A stretch of 50,322 nt of DNA, filler included, from Bipalium vagum (taxonomy: Eukaryota), in assembly GCA_037834085.1 (NCBI GenBank). It is 2 parts of 2 records of this genome, joined end to end, with 100 filler letters (N's around TTAATTAATTAA, not from the genome) between each part and the next. Parts side by side here need not be neighbours in the genome. Positions count along the whole stretch, not along the records: positions 1 to 31,152 come from JBBMKC010257794.1; 1 more part is not named here. One strand, given 5' to 3'. A program made the position numbers and the translations under genes. Below the pieces are notes generated by a model. It ran no database searches. It was not told where the DNA came from and worked only from the letters and a program-made list of their open reading frames with translations. This document shows positions 17,001 through 30,040 of this stretch, piece by piece (the stretch's first letter is position 1; each line of letters opens with the position of its first letter).

Positions 17001-20000
17001 ATTAAGAAAAAAATTATTTTCATTGAATTTTTAAGATTCGATTTCAATTTTTCTTACTTGTTTTTATTTTTTCTACACATGAGATATAATTTATAGATGT
17101 GAATTTTTTATTTTAAATTAATTCAAAGAAATTCCAACACGTATGTCAATTTGCTTGAATTAGTATTTTACAAACATTAATTGAAATTAAAAAGAATTTA
17201 ATTATTTTTAATAGTACATTTTTTGCATTGAAAGATGACCCAAAATTTCTTTTATGTCAACATTTGGAATAATTTAGTTTATTAAGAGGTTAATTTTAGA
17301 TTTCATATGGTTGAAAATGTTCACAATTTAAATTATGAATAATATTAATAAAATATCCAATCATCTGTTTTCATAAAAAACTCTTATTGGATTCTACCTA
17401 ACAGTAATGTTTACAATATTTAATAGTTAGGTGATAAAATAAATCTTTGAGCTTTATTTTTGTAATCTGATAGAAATTTGATAATTTTTATATACTTAAT
17501 CTTTCACAAGCTTTATTTGAAAAAATTGTTCTTAACACGATATCTTGATCTTTGAAACATAATACTTTTAACTATTAAAACATTACTAAATATCTCATTT
17601 ATAATTAACATATATGTATTTAATTATGTTTGTAAACGAATTTTATTAAAATTTTCAAATTCTTTATACATTTTTCCATGTTTTATTATATAATTCAGTA
17701 TTCATAAAAATAATTAGCAAGAGAATTTTCTTGGTTATTTTAATTGGTACATAAGAAAAATTTCAAATGTAAACAAATTGCCACTTTTTTCTTCTGCAAT
17801 GATTACAAGAAATTTTATAATTATTTATCTCAACAGTTTCAATACATGACTTTTTCATATATCAAGCTATAAACACAAAAATACATTTTGAACTATAATT
17901 ACTTTTTATCTAATTGTTTTCCTTTCAAAGTTTTATTATTTTTTTCAAAATAATTACAAACAAATTTTGAGAATAATATTTGAAAAAAATACAAAGTTAA
18001 TATTAATTGTTAATATTTAAAGTTTTTGTTTTTTGCCTGAATTTTATTTTCCATACTTTAATACTACAAAAGTATCTGAAAATTTTATTAATCTTCGTAC
18101 AAAAACTATTTGCTGACAATAATTGTTTTTTGTAAATTCTCAGTAATTTTAATAGCGTAATAAAATATGGTTATTTAATTTTAGTATTAATTTCCAAATT
18201 GACACATTTATGGTTATATCACAAATTTTGTGTAAATTATTTTTGATAAATAGGACTTAAATCAGTTATGGCTATTCTTCTAAAAACTCAATGTTTTACA
18301 TAAGCTTAATATATTTTTAAAATGGAATTTTAAAAATATATAATGAATAAAATCTAAATATAAATTTTTTTCTTTTCACGAAAGTTTTCTAGAGCTCAAT
18401 TTTTACCTCAGAATAACTAATAATTCAAAATAAGTAAAAATTTTAATACTGTAATGTATATTTATCAATTTAAAAATTGTGATTGCATATATGAGGTTTT
18501 TGAAAAAACGTGTATGCTTAGGTGTTTGTTCACAAAAATAATTATTAATTACATTAGGATTTTCTTAAATAAAATATTACGTAACTTTTTCATATAATCT
18601 TGATTTAGTGTCTGAATAATACAATTCATAATTAGAGATAAATAAAGCTAATTATTTTTGAAATTACTGCATCACTAGTTACATGTTTAATTAATTGCCT
18701 CGAAAACCGTTTTCGGCGAATTTTCCATTCAGATTTGATGATTTTCAACTTGAATTTTTTTTATTTCTTGAAATATTAACCCACAATTTGTGAGGAATGT
18801 TTTTATAAAGTATCTAAAACAAAAAAATTGATGTGTCATAAATTTATTCCGACAAGCAAAACACTTAACCTTTAGAGAACGTCTCCAATCTTATCAAGAT
18901 ATTATATAGGGGGTTAATAGCATATTTTAAAGAGAAGTCATTTAAAAATTCTTTGTTCGATTTTCTCAATATTTTAATTAAGGGTTTTAAAAATATTTTC
19001 TGTAGCTTTTTGTATATACTTAAAATTTTCTAATTTATTTTTTTCTAATTTCATAAATATCTTTGTAATATTATTTCTTTTAGTAAGTTTATTTCTTTCA
19101 AAATTTATCAATATATCTGTATTATACATTTTTAATCTAGACAGTTGCCTCAAGTTACCTATTAATATGATTCCACACATCCAAAGTGAATAAAAATGTC
19201 TTGTATAAAGTAGGAAAATTCTTAATATTATTTTGTTATTACTTATTTAAGTTCAGTACTGTTCATGTTATCGAAATTCTTATTTTTATTTTATTAGTCT
19301 TAATTGAATATTTATATTTTTGTTAAAACTATTTATTAATCTTTTTTAAAAAATTTTTTCTAATAAAAATTTTAAAAATTCCTGGTTATAATATCGATTT
19401 TTCTTCAAATTTACTTGGAACTTATTTTCAGTCTAATTTTTTAAAATTGATTAATATTATAATTGGTTTTTTTGGAAATTTCTGAAGAAAAATTAAAAAT
19501 GTATATATATTTAATTGACAATCAATATTCATAAAAAAATTTATTAAATATGAGATTAAACGTTAGTATAACTGCAATAAATACCCAAAAAAATTATTAG
19601 CAGACAATATTTATTTTCATTATTATAAATTACTTTCAATAATTGATAAAGATAAAACGAAACAGTATTGGTTAATATTTATGATAACATCTCAAAATTT
19701 ACTTAACTAATCGAGTATTTATAGACTTTTTTCTAATAAATATATTTAATTATAAATTTTAATGGTAATTAAGTTGAGATGAAAATAATTATTTTTTTTC
19801 TGTCAAATCGAAGCTTTTAAAAATATTTCTTAATATTGATTAATAAGGACAAATCAATCAATCATATGTTTTATTTCGTGTTTTATGTTTTATCCATCCA
19901 TCAATCAGTCAAATAATAATTTAATCATTAATTAAGAGCTTGATGGGTTTCATAAAATATTGACAAATTCAATAAATAAGTTCCAGAAAATATGGCAGCC

Positions 20001-22399
20001 ATGTATTAATAATGATTAATTAAAACCAATAATTTGTCAATTTTCGATACTCATTTTTCAAAATTATTTGATTTAATGAACAAGTTTAAGACATTAAGTA
20101 ATAACTAAAAATTTCAATATCGCTTGTCTTCTTGTCCAGTAGAAATAATTAGTTTCATGACGATCTCTTGCAATAATTTTTCAATAAAAACATTTATGCC
20201 AATTTATTTTAATATTTTTATTGATTTAAAAAACCTTTTCGCGAAAGTAATTATTTGTGCTGATAAAAATATAGAATCACAGTTTTTGGATATATTTATT
20301 TTCCATAAGAAATGTATTTATTCTTATAAATATTTAATGTTTAAATTTATTGATTATTAAATTTATTGATTATCAAATTAATTTATAAAATTAAATTATT
20401 AATAAATTAATTCTATGATACAAATATTAACTTTAGAAATACAAATAAAATTTCATTTAAGAGCCCTTTCCTATTTATAACTTGACATTTATTATGATTA
20501 TTTTTAATGGAATATTTATATTTGTGTCAATCTGTTAATAGATATTTTTCTTTGAATTATATAAATCGAATACTTTTGAAATTAAACTGAAGTTAAAAAA
20601 AAACTACATTTTTAGAAAGAAAATTTTGTTCGTAGCTTTTTTGAGTGATATGCAAAAAAACATCACAATTGTCCTTTCCCGGATTCAAAATATTTTGACT
20701 ATAAGATATCTTTACAAATGTTCGATGGAAATTACAATTTGATAAACAAAATAAATATTTTCTGAAAATGAAATTTTGCTTGGATTCATAAAATAAAATT
20801 TCATGAAAATTGGCAATCAGGAAAAGATTACAATAGAACATTTGTATTTGCACTACAATTGGACAACAATATTATTTTTCTTTATACCACCTAGTGCACA
20901 CAAGAAGGTCGATTTTTAATAAAAATTTATTGTGTGGTGATCAGCAATTTCTAGTCACAAATCACTATGACCACAATTTTTGTTTTATTTTAGCTTTCAA
21001 GTTTTTGATAGAAAGGGGATGGTTCTTCAAACTACCAACACTATTTTTACAGGTTTATGATAACATATCCAAAGATTTTCAACTTATAATATACAAAAAT
21101 ATTTTGTTTTGATATTTTTAACTGACCAAAATTATTATAGACATTTTATATATAATTTTCTTTTTTAAATAATCAACACAGTTACTTACATTGTCCATTG
21201 ATATAACTGTAATGTTTAAAATGTTTTTTTTAATAATTATTTTTATTTCTAAACTTAGAAATATATCATAGACAGGACACAAGAGAAATTATGATTCATT
21301 ATTATTAAATGGTTATATATAATGTTTTTTATTATATATTGCATCTCAGTTTTTTATTTTGATCAAGTTGTAATAATTTTTTCATAAACAAACTTTTTCA
21401 GAGTCAATGATAAATTTTACGAAAATCGTCACTAAATATCATATATCAACAAGTTAAATTGAAACGAAAATGGTTTGAATAAATTATAGATGCTAATTAT
21501 TTAATATGACAATATTTAATAAATAATTTGTAAAGTAGAAAAAGTTGAATTAATGATTGAATATTGATCTCATAATTTATCGTTGTAAATCGATAATATA
21601 ATCAATGTAGATATATTAATTATCATTGCAAATAAACTTAAAATTATTTAAAGAAATCCATTTTGTTTACTTGAGAGCGAAGTAACAAAAGTTTTAATTT
21701 GTATAACGAAATTTAATATTTGATTGTTTTGTGTTTTTGAGAACAGGTTTTTGTCGGTTAAAGTTGTATTTTGATTTAATTTTCAGCATTTTACTAATCC
21801 TTTTTCTATCATTTTCATAAGTGCAGAGTGTAATGCATAAATCAGAACCATTAATAATAATGGTAATTTCTGAGGCAAACATGTTCAATGACAGACATTT
21901 GACATTTTTATATACATTTTCATTTTGTTAGAAATATTTTCTAATAAAAACTGAACTAATTTTGATTAATTAATGATTCAAAAATCCATTAATAATCATT
22001 GGCTATATATTAGATTATAACTGAAAAAATTTGACAGTCAAATTTTAGATTTTGTATGCATACCAATTATAAGGTCTGCTTGATAATAAAATTTTTATTT
22101 ATACTTCATAGAAATATGCTAATTCACGTTGCACATAGAGATTGCTTTTTGTTGCATTATATTTATGTTGTAAATGTGGAATATTTTTCCAATGACTCAT
22201 TAAAATATATTAATACTGAGTGAAAGCAGGGACAGGTTTTATTTTTAATACTTTCTGAAGGGCTAGTTATAAATTAATACCCACTTGTCGACAAAACCAA
22301 AACTGTGAGCTGATTATTTTCTTTTAATTATCTGTTGGTTTTTATGATTTGTGATCATTAAGGCATGAAAAAATAATGAACTAAAATTGTTATTTATTA

Positions 22400-22438
<39 letters not shown>

Positions 22439-25400
22439 GTTATTAATATTAATTGGAGTAATTTAAGATTCTTAGATTCTGGTGAATCATCTTCACATTG
22501 TTTTTTGGATAATTAAAAAATAATTTTCAGATTGACTTAAATTCAATTTAATTTTAATTAATATTAAAATGAAATTAGACAGGAAAAAATAGAAAAAACG
22601 AAGAGACCGTGATTTTTGTTAGCGAAAGACTTTCCTGAGCTTGATTTAATTAAAATAAGGAAAATTATTTCAATGATTAGAAAAAGTAGAGCTCTATTAA
22701 TAAGTACCCCCAAAGTGTTGATTAGAATAATGGAGAAAAGTTATGTAATTTGCATAACAAAGAAGTGATATGCTAAATTGTCACTTGTCAATGTTTTGTG
22801 TGTGTGCGCGTTTGTGTCTTATATATTTTTATATATATACGTTTTTAATGAAAATATGTTGGTGTGTATTTTCGCATGTTTGCCTGCGAGTATGTCTTTC
22901 TTCAAATAAAGCTGGCATGTAATCGTGGTTGATTATTATTCCTTTTAGGAATGTTTTCCATCTTCATCGAAAAGTTGAAACGATAATATTTTTCGAAAAG
23001 TTTGGTTGAAGAAAATTTTTTTGTTGGAGAAAGACTGTGCGTCTTTCCATTTAAATATAGATTGAGACTTTGTCAGAGTAATTCATCATGAAATCAGACT
23101 ATTTTTATTATCGTTTTACTGGGCTATTTGAGATGTCCTTTGTAGCAAGGCTGATTCATAAATGTGTCCAGATAACTGCGCATGTACTAAATGTATATTA
23201 TGTCACTGTCACAATGGAACACACGATAGAGAAAGGAAAAGTAGTCGTTCTATTTTTATTGTCTTTTTCTTTTTTATCTTCCGTAATTATTACTATTATG
23301 TAATGTTTACACGGGTCTTATGAGATAAGTTTTTTGCTGTTTTGAACTGCAGTGTTTTTATGATTTATTTTGACATGATTTTGATGAAAATAATTTCTGG
23401 TTTCTTTTGTCAATTTGTAGAAAAACAAATGACAAGCATTTTTAAAAGAAAATAAAAAATATTCCAAATTGTTTACTGACTGAAGATTTAGCGGGTATTG
23501 AATATTTCCAGATAAAATGGAGAATCTGTTTTGTCGAGATTGGTTTTAGCTAAAATATTTTAGTGGAAAGCAATTTGTAGTAGCAATGCGAAAGTTTGTC
23601 ATACGTCGAAATTAAACCATTCTATATATGTATTGAAATATAATGAGATATATTGTAATATTTTTTTAAGTGAATTTTTTTCGAATTATTCAATGTTGCT
23701 ATGGAAACCATTTAATAAACTTATTTGATGTGTTTTATTTTGGATGCCTAATTTATTTCTCAGATATTTTATAGGTGATTGATATTGATTTTTCCTTTTT
23801 ATTTTTGTACTTGGACTAATTGAATTAAGTGTTATTATTAGTTTTCATTTCGTTAAATACTGATGATATTGAAATTAATTCAGCAATTTTTAGGCTAAAT
23901 TTCACTACTAAGATTTGATAATTAAATGAAATCGAAAAAATTAAATTATTAAAAATATCTTTAAAATTTTTAATATTCAGAATTTTTTAAAAAATCATAT
24001 ATATAATTCTACATTTAGCTAAAGTTTTTTAAAATAATGTTATCATTTTTCAATAATTTACACAATTAATTAATTATTTCAATCAAACTTAATTTTTATT
24101 AATTATATTTATCACGTTTTAATCAATGAGGTTATAAATATTTTATAAATTACTCAGTATAACAAAGAAATGACTGCTTAATTTGAAGAAATTTTATTCT
24201 ATTTGAATTGGTCATTTTCAATTAGTTTTTAAAGGATGTAGTCAAAATGGATGTTTATTATTTAAAGCAATAGAATTATTAGAATGTGGAATCATAAATA
24301 TTATCTTAGTGAACAATGGTTCATACAATAAAATAATAATTAATAAACCTATACATGATTATAATTATAAACTTTATTAATAAAAATTTCCCACTACATT
24401 GCAAATTTGTGACATAAAATGGAAATAATTTTTGATAATTTGTGAATATAGTTGGTTTATAAATTTTATTAAAATTAACAAATATTGTAATATTTATTCA
24501 AAATGTTTCATATTTTAAACATTTTGTGTCTCCTTACAATTAATCGGAGAATCTAGATAATTTTTCGAATTTGATAATAACTTGAAAATATTGATAATTT
24601 TTGACAGTTTTGATATTTAGTTATGATCTTCTAATATTAGTGTAATTAAGTTCAAAAGTGAAAAATTGACAAGAATTTCTAAATATAAATAGATGTTAAA
24701 ACAATTTCAGTGTTTGGGTTTGGTAATAAAAATAAAATAATATAAATTTGTATTAGAAAACAGTGAAAATAATCATTGAATTAATATTTTGTTTTTGTAA
24801 TTAATTAAATATACGATTTTAACTTTATGAACATGAATAAGTTTTAAGAATCCTTTTTTTAATAATCTTAAACATTTTTTGATGATACATGTATTTGGAA
24901 AAATATTTATTTACACTCTTATGGTCGATGATGAAAATATTTTAAAAATTTTTAATTCCTAAATACTTTATTTTTATTTAATTGACATCCTTTACACATT
25001 TCGTTAAAATAAATTACTGTACTTTATTAAATAGGATACCATTTTAATAATTAAGTTCAATTATTTAATTTTGATTTAACGTTCCCTATATTTTTTAAAA
25101 TAAAAATTAACTATGGAAATTATTCTTTGATTACATATATATATTTTCACTTTGATATTCAAGGAATTTGAGAAATTTTTTAACAGGTCCCAGAAGAATC
25201 AGCAATTGAAAATAACCCTGTTTCTTTTCAACATTCTATAGAAAAGCAGACCAATTCAAGTTCTTCCTCCAATACAATAAATAAAGAAAACACATCAAGT
25301 CAGAATTATAGATGTAGGTTCGTCTGTCCAGAATGTAAATATTCATCCTCTAGTAAGGAGGAAATTGAAAATCATTTTGATGAGTCTCATGATCTCAGTG

Positions 25401-26764
25401 GAACATTTCCTTGTACTTGCGACCAGTGTTTTAATAACATGTCTCAATTCTTAGCTCATTATATTATCTGTCCAATAGCCGCCACAGATTTACAAAATAA
25501 CTCTAACGATGAACAGATAACTGAGAATGAAAGCATTCTTGATGAAGAAATAGAACATTCAGATCCTGTTTTCGAATCTCGTAGTCCACTTACACATTCA
25601 ACTGATCAAACACCTATACAAAATGAAGATTCAGATGACATACCAGTGGATTATACAAATCCAATAAATCTGGTTAAAAGTGAAATCAAAGATTCTATTG
25701 CTGATTATTCAAATACTTCATTTAATATAAACTTTTCTTCCCATTCTGTCAAACCATGTCTTCCAGTTAATATAAACACGTCTTCTCCAAATAGTCAGGA
25801 TCAACCAAAAAGGTCAGGTAAGATATATGAGTGTGAGCACTGTGAAAAAAGCTTTAAATCAAAAGGTCTTTTAGACCAACATAAACATTTACACTTTCCT
25901 CCTAGACATGAATGTGAATATTGTGGTCGACGTTTTCGTTGGCCACCTCAGTTTTATACACATAAACAACAATGTAGTAAACGTAAGCTAGCTTTAACTG
26001 ATTCTCAAGATTCCAATAATGCTAAGAAATCTAACTTTAACTTTTCACAAATTAATAATTCATATAATCACACAGAATCTCGCATTCAGCAGACTCATAA
26101 AGTATATCCGCATCAAATTCAAGATCATTGTTTGTGTGGCTTTAAGGCAAATATAACAGAAATGTATGAACATAAGAGAACATGTATTACTTCAGCAAGA
26201 GCAATGATTTTGCAAAAAATCATCGATTACAAGTCAATGCAAAATCCATCTTTGATTTCCAATCTCCACTCTGTTAATGGTGGTGGAACAACAAAATCTT
26301 TAATTTCTAATATGCAATCTGTTAATGGTGGCGGAACAAATAACCAATCTTTGATTTCAAATATGCAGCCTACTAATGGTAGTGGGTCAAGCAATCCTTC
26401 CGTTCATTCTGTTATTCAAAATTTCATCCAAAATTCTACAAGTAATAGTAGCTTGACAAATTTTCCAGTGTTATCCAATGCAGATAATATAGGGAAATCT
26501 CAACAGACCACTTCTATTGGTGCAGTCACACAAATCCAAACATCAACAGTAATAAATGAAGAAAAACCTTTTGAATGTGATTTTTGCGATAGTCGATTTA
26601 TGACAAAAATCAGCTTGAAGCAACATTTGGATGGTAAGCATTCAGATCAGGCCAAATATTGTTGTGAAAAGTGTGGAAAGGGCTATTTCTGGAATGCTTC
26701 ATATAATTATCATAAAAAGAAATGTATGATAAAACCACTGACTGTGACAAATTTTAGTAACTGA
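14100..26764 (+). CDS. Multi-zinc-finger protein (about 589 aa) with N-terminal RHH-like segment; 3 coding exons
   Basis: Exon 14100-14254 (upstream acceptor ttttgtttcag ending 14081, donor GTGAGT, phase 2), exon 14410-14446 (acceptor ttttag, donor GTAAGT, phase 0) and exon 25187-26764 (acceptor tttttaacag, phase 0, in frame with the ORF at 25439). Phases match throughout; 1770 nt total. The terminal exon is certain; its linkage to the 5' exons is inferred from phase and splice-site quality. Confidence 0.72.
22400..22438. repeat. (ATT)n microsatellite
   Basis: About 13 ATT units. Confidence 0.9.
25187..26764 (+). CDS. Terminal zinc-finger exon with 7 predicted fingers (C2H2 and C2HC types)
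   Basis: Fingers: CPECKYSSSSKEEIENHFDESH; CTCDQCFNNMSQFLAHYIIC; CEHCEKSFKSKGLLDQHKHLH; CEYCGRRFRWPPQFYTHKQQC; CLCGFKANITEMYEHKRTC; CDFCDSRFMTKISLKQHLDGKH; CEKCGKGYFWNASYNYHKKKC. They are separated by S/N/Q-rich low-complexity linkers. Confidence 0.93.
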   Translation, partial: VPEESAIENNPVSFQHSIEKQTNSSSSSNTINKENTSSQNYRCRFVCPECKYSSSSKEEIENHFDESHDLSGTFPCTCDQCFNNMSQFLAHYIICPIAATDLQNNSNDEQITENESILDEEIEHSDPVFESRSPLTHSTDQTPIQNEDSDDIPVDYTNPINLVKSEIKDSIADYSNTSFNINFSSHSVKPCLPVNINTSSPNSQDQPKRSGKIYECEHCEKSFKSKGLLDQHKHLHFPPRHECEYCGRRFRWPPQFYTHKQQCSKRKLALTDSQDSNNAKKSNFNFSQINNSYNHTESRIQQTHKVYPHQIQDHCLCGFKANITEMYEHKRTCITSARAMILQKIIDYKSMQNPSLISNLHSVNGGGTTKSLISNMQSVNGGGTNNQSLISNMQPTNGSGSSNPSVHSVIQNFIQNSTSNSSLTNFPVLSNADNIGKSQQTTSIGAVTQIQTSTVINEEKPFECDFCDSRFMTKISLKQHLDGKHSDQAKYCCEKCGKGYFWNASYNYHKKKCMIKPLTVTNFSN

Positions 26765-27999
26765 CATTTGCAAAAATGTAAAGATCGTTTCTAGTCTTTG
26801 ATTGTTTGTACTAAGTCGAGTTGAGAACAATAAAAACCTTACACTTGTAAGGACCAATTCTATATTTGTGTTTATAAGTTTCAATTGCAAATTCGTGTCA
26901 AATGACGCATTTACCCAACGATATATTTTATTTTTTTCGTTTTTCTGTATGTCTTTACTTTGTAAATAAAATTATTTTTGTGTCTAATTATGCTGAAAAT
27001 ACGTATTATAAAAATAAGACAACAATTTCTATTAAATCATTAATATATAATATTACCAACAATTGTTATTGTATTATTATTGTATAGATTTATTGTTGTT
27101 TTGTCTTATTACCTCAAGGATGTGTCTTCAATTGTTGTTGTTTTCATACTAAATGTGGTTTCTCTACTGTTATTGTGACTTATTATTAGTCTTTATTTTT
27201 ATTATTACTGGTCAAAATACATGATCATTCCATTTCTGTATTTATTTCAATAGGCCTATTGTTAATTTTGTATAAATTTTATTTCTTTTAATTATCTATT
27301 GTCTATTGAAAGTAGTGCAACTTCAATATGTGATTTCAGTTGGTTTTGTTGTAAATGGTTGTCGTAAATTTTGCAGTTTTCATAAAATAGAAGTAACACT
27401 GTTGAAATTGAAATGTATGTTTTAATGTCGATCTTTATTACTTCTATATACTCATGTAATATATACGTTGATGTTGTTATATCCCTTGATTAAATGCTTC
27501 CAGACATCTTTTGCCAAAGAATTTAACCAATGCAACATTTTTTTTCATTTGAAATAACGGATATCTGTTCCAGTTTGTTTTGTAATATATTTTGAGCTTT
27601 TTTATTCGGTTTTGTTATTAATTGTCTTACTCTTAAATTTTGAGTTGGTTTCATGTCAATTTTCGAAGATCGTTTATCTATTTAGATAACAGTTAGTCAA
27701 GATAGACGCAAAATATAAAAAAATTTGAGTTAATAGTACGAAAATAGGAAATAAAAAAGGAATGTTAATTTAGATTAATTTGTGAGACCAAGTTGTTTTA
27801 CTAAAATAGGCTATTTATTGTTAAATTATTAGGTTTTAGAATTTTTGGCACATTTTGCTTAATAAATTAAAATTGTAAATAATTCAAAGAACTTATTTAA
27901 TGATCATTTAATATTATATAGCATTTAAGATCTCATTGCTTTCTTTAAAGTGTTAATCTATTTTGATTTTAAATTAAAAATTGACTACCTTTTTCCCAC

Positions 28000-28260
28000 T
28001 TTAATGTGGGATGTCGTGTCTCGATTTACACAAAATTTATTTTTGAGTTTTGACTCGGCACAAAAGGAGCTGAAACTGCTCAAAAAGTTAGAGGTTTTGG
28101 GCCATGGTATTGTAAATCTGTCAACAGTACGATGTTTATACCAGAAGTTTCGTAATGGAGATTTATCCCTTGAAGATGCGGAAAGAATTGGCCGTCATTC
28201 AAAATTCAAAAGTATGGGGTTTATGAAAGTAAAACAAGCAGAGTTCTCTAACTTTATATA
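28000..28260 (+). mobile_element. Mariner N-terminal HTH relic
   Basis: VLGHGIVNLSTVRCLYQKFRNGDLSLEDAERIGR matches mariner ...TVRRWFQKFRSGDLSLEDEERSGRP. Confidence 0.75.
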
Positions 28261-29489
28261 GATAGTGTAGGAAGTGGAAAACATATTCAAGACTTTTACG
28301 AAGAGGGTTCATTGCCAAGACGACGCTTCAGTAATGATTTTTAGTTCAACAAAATTAGGATTATAAAAGGGGACCCAGCGAGTTTGGGTTAGGGTTAGGA
28401 CGACCCGGGGACTCATTGTCACTCCTGCTGAGGCATTTATCTATTGTTTTTTGTGTTTTTTTCTTAATAATTTATTGGTGATAGTTAATATTATAATTTT
28501 AAAATTTGATTCGATTGCATATTTTATTATTATTCTTTGATATTTTGCGAACAGTGGAACATTTTGACGTTGTACTTATTTTTGAGTGATACTGATAGCG
28601 TGAGTGATTGAGATTTCTTTGCAGTTTTGCGTAAAAATAAAGTTTTATTGTGATGGAGTTTTGATTCAAATGGAGTTTAACTTTGTGCAGCGACAATAGA
28701 ATCGCGAACACAACAAATTAAAATGAGTTTTTGATGTACGAGTTCAAGTTACTTTTAAGTTATAATAGTAAAATGTCTAAGAACTGCTCTGTTTTTTGTT
28801 TTATATTGTTCTTTTGATTATTCTTTTTTATTGGATTGACTGGTAGGATTGGGAGCCTCAACAAATACATTCATGTTAACATCCACTTTTTCATTCAAAG
28901 AATCATTTCTGGTTTATATTTTAAGTTCATTATCCTGCGATCGAATCACTAATATCGTTTCATATTCAATTATGTATGACAATTTCTCTCAACTCTTCAA
29001 TTCTTTTTCAATTCTTCTTTTCAACTCTTTTCTTTCATTGTCCATAGTCATGTAAGCTACTGTAATTACTTTTGTCGTTTTTAAATGGTATCTTTTGATC
29101 ACTCCCTAACGGTAGCAAAAAATTTTACTCATAAAGTGTTCCCTTCGCTCGCTCATACATATTTTTATAAAAATCAACTGCAAAAAAAATTTTAATTTTA
29201 TTTTAATATTATTTATTATTTTACGGATGTCTTCTTTATCCTTTGTTTTTTTGTGGCGGCATCATTTAAAATTTTATTATTACTTTCAACTATTTTAAAA
29301 TTTTTTTTATTTGATTTTGTTAATTCAAATTGCCATTTTTGAGTAATTCAAGAAATAATACAAAATGTTTGTAAAGCTTATTATATTTTAATTCAAGATT
29401 CCTTTCTAATTCTCTTAAATTTTTTGGTCATTTTTAGAATCAATATAATAATAATATTTTAGTCACTATCCCGATAATTCCAATGACTA

Positions 29490-30040
29490 TTGGTAGCGCC
29501 AATGACTCTAAGATAACTACTGGAGTCAAAAATGAACTAAGTTTTATTTACTGCATTTAATGAAATTTAATAATAACAAAGATTGTTGTGATTGGACACT
29601 TAAAGATAATAATTGAGAACATAGAGAAAAGAAAATCAAATCAACGGACGCTGCGTAATCAATTTTTGATAATGCTACTTTTTATCGGTCAATACAATGA
29701 TTTGTGTAAAAATATGTTTTGAGAAACGTGGAGAATGGAAATCATAAAGATCAGATGACGTCAAAGTGCTGTGATTTAAGGGTAAGATATTTTGTCTCTC
29801 ATAAATCGCTCGCTTCTTGAAAGAAACTCATCTTAGTCATTTTTCGTGGTTGTCAAGTCCTACTGTTTCACGTTGTCGCTGTTATTGGTTCTTTACAAAA
29901 TTAATTTTTCATATACTATTCATTTACTTGACAACTTCCATTTCTGTCGGAAAGACATACGTGTCGGTTTGAATATTTTCTTCATCACCGCCAATCTTCG
30001 ATCTATTATAAATGAAGGTACCAATGTATATGAATAAAGT
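29490..30040 (-). mobile_element. Possible Merlin/IS1595-like transposase relic
   Basis: KIGGDEENIQTDTYVF resembles Merlin KIGGPGKIVEIDES. Otherwise too degraded to confirm. Confidence 0.25.

Noticed and set aside
23861-23885. CTGATGA..GAAA hammerhead-like core (CTGATGA also near 1908, 33924, 35335 and 48083)
   Set aside because: The required helices I-III and cleavage triplet could not be formed.
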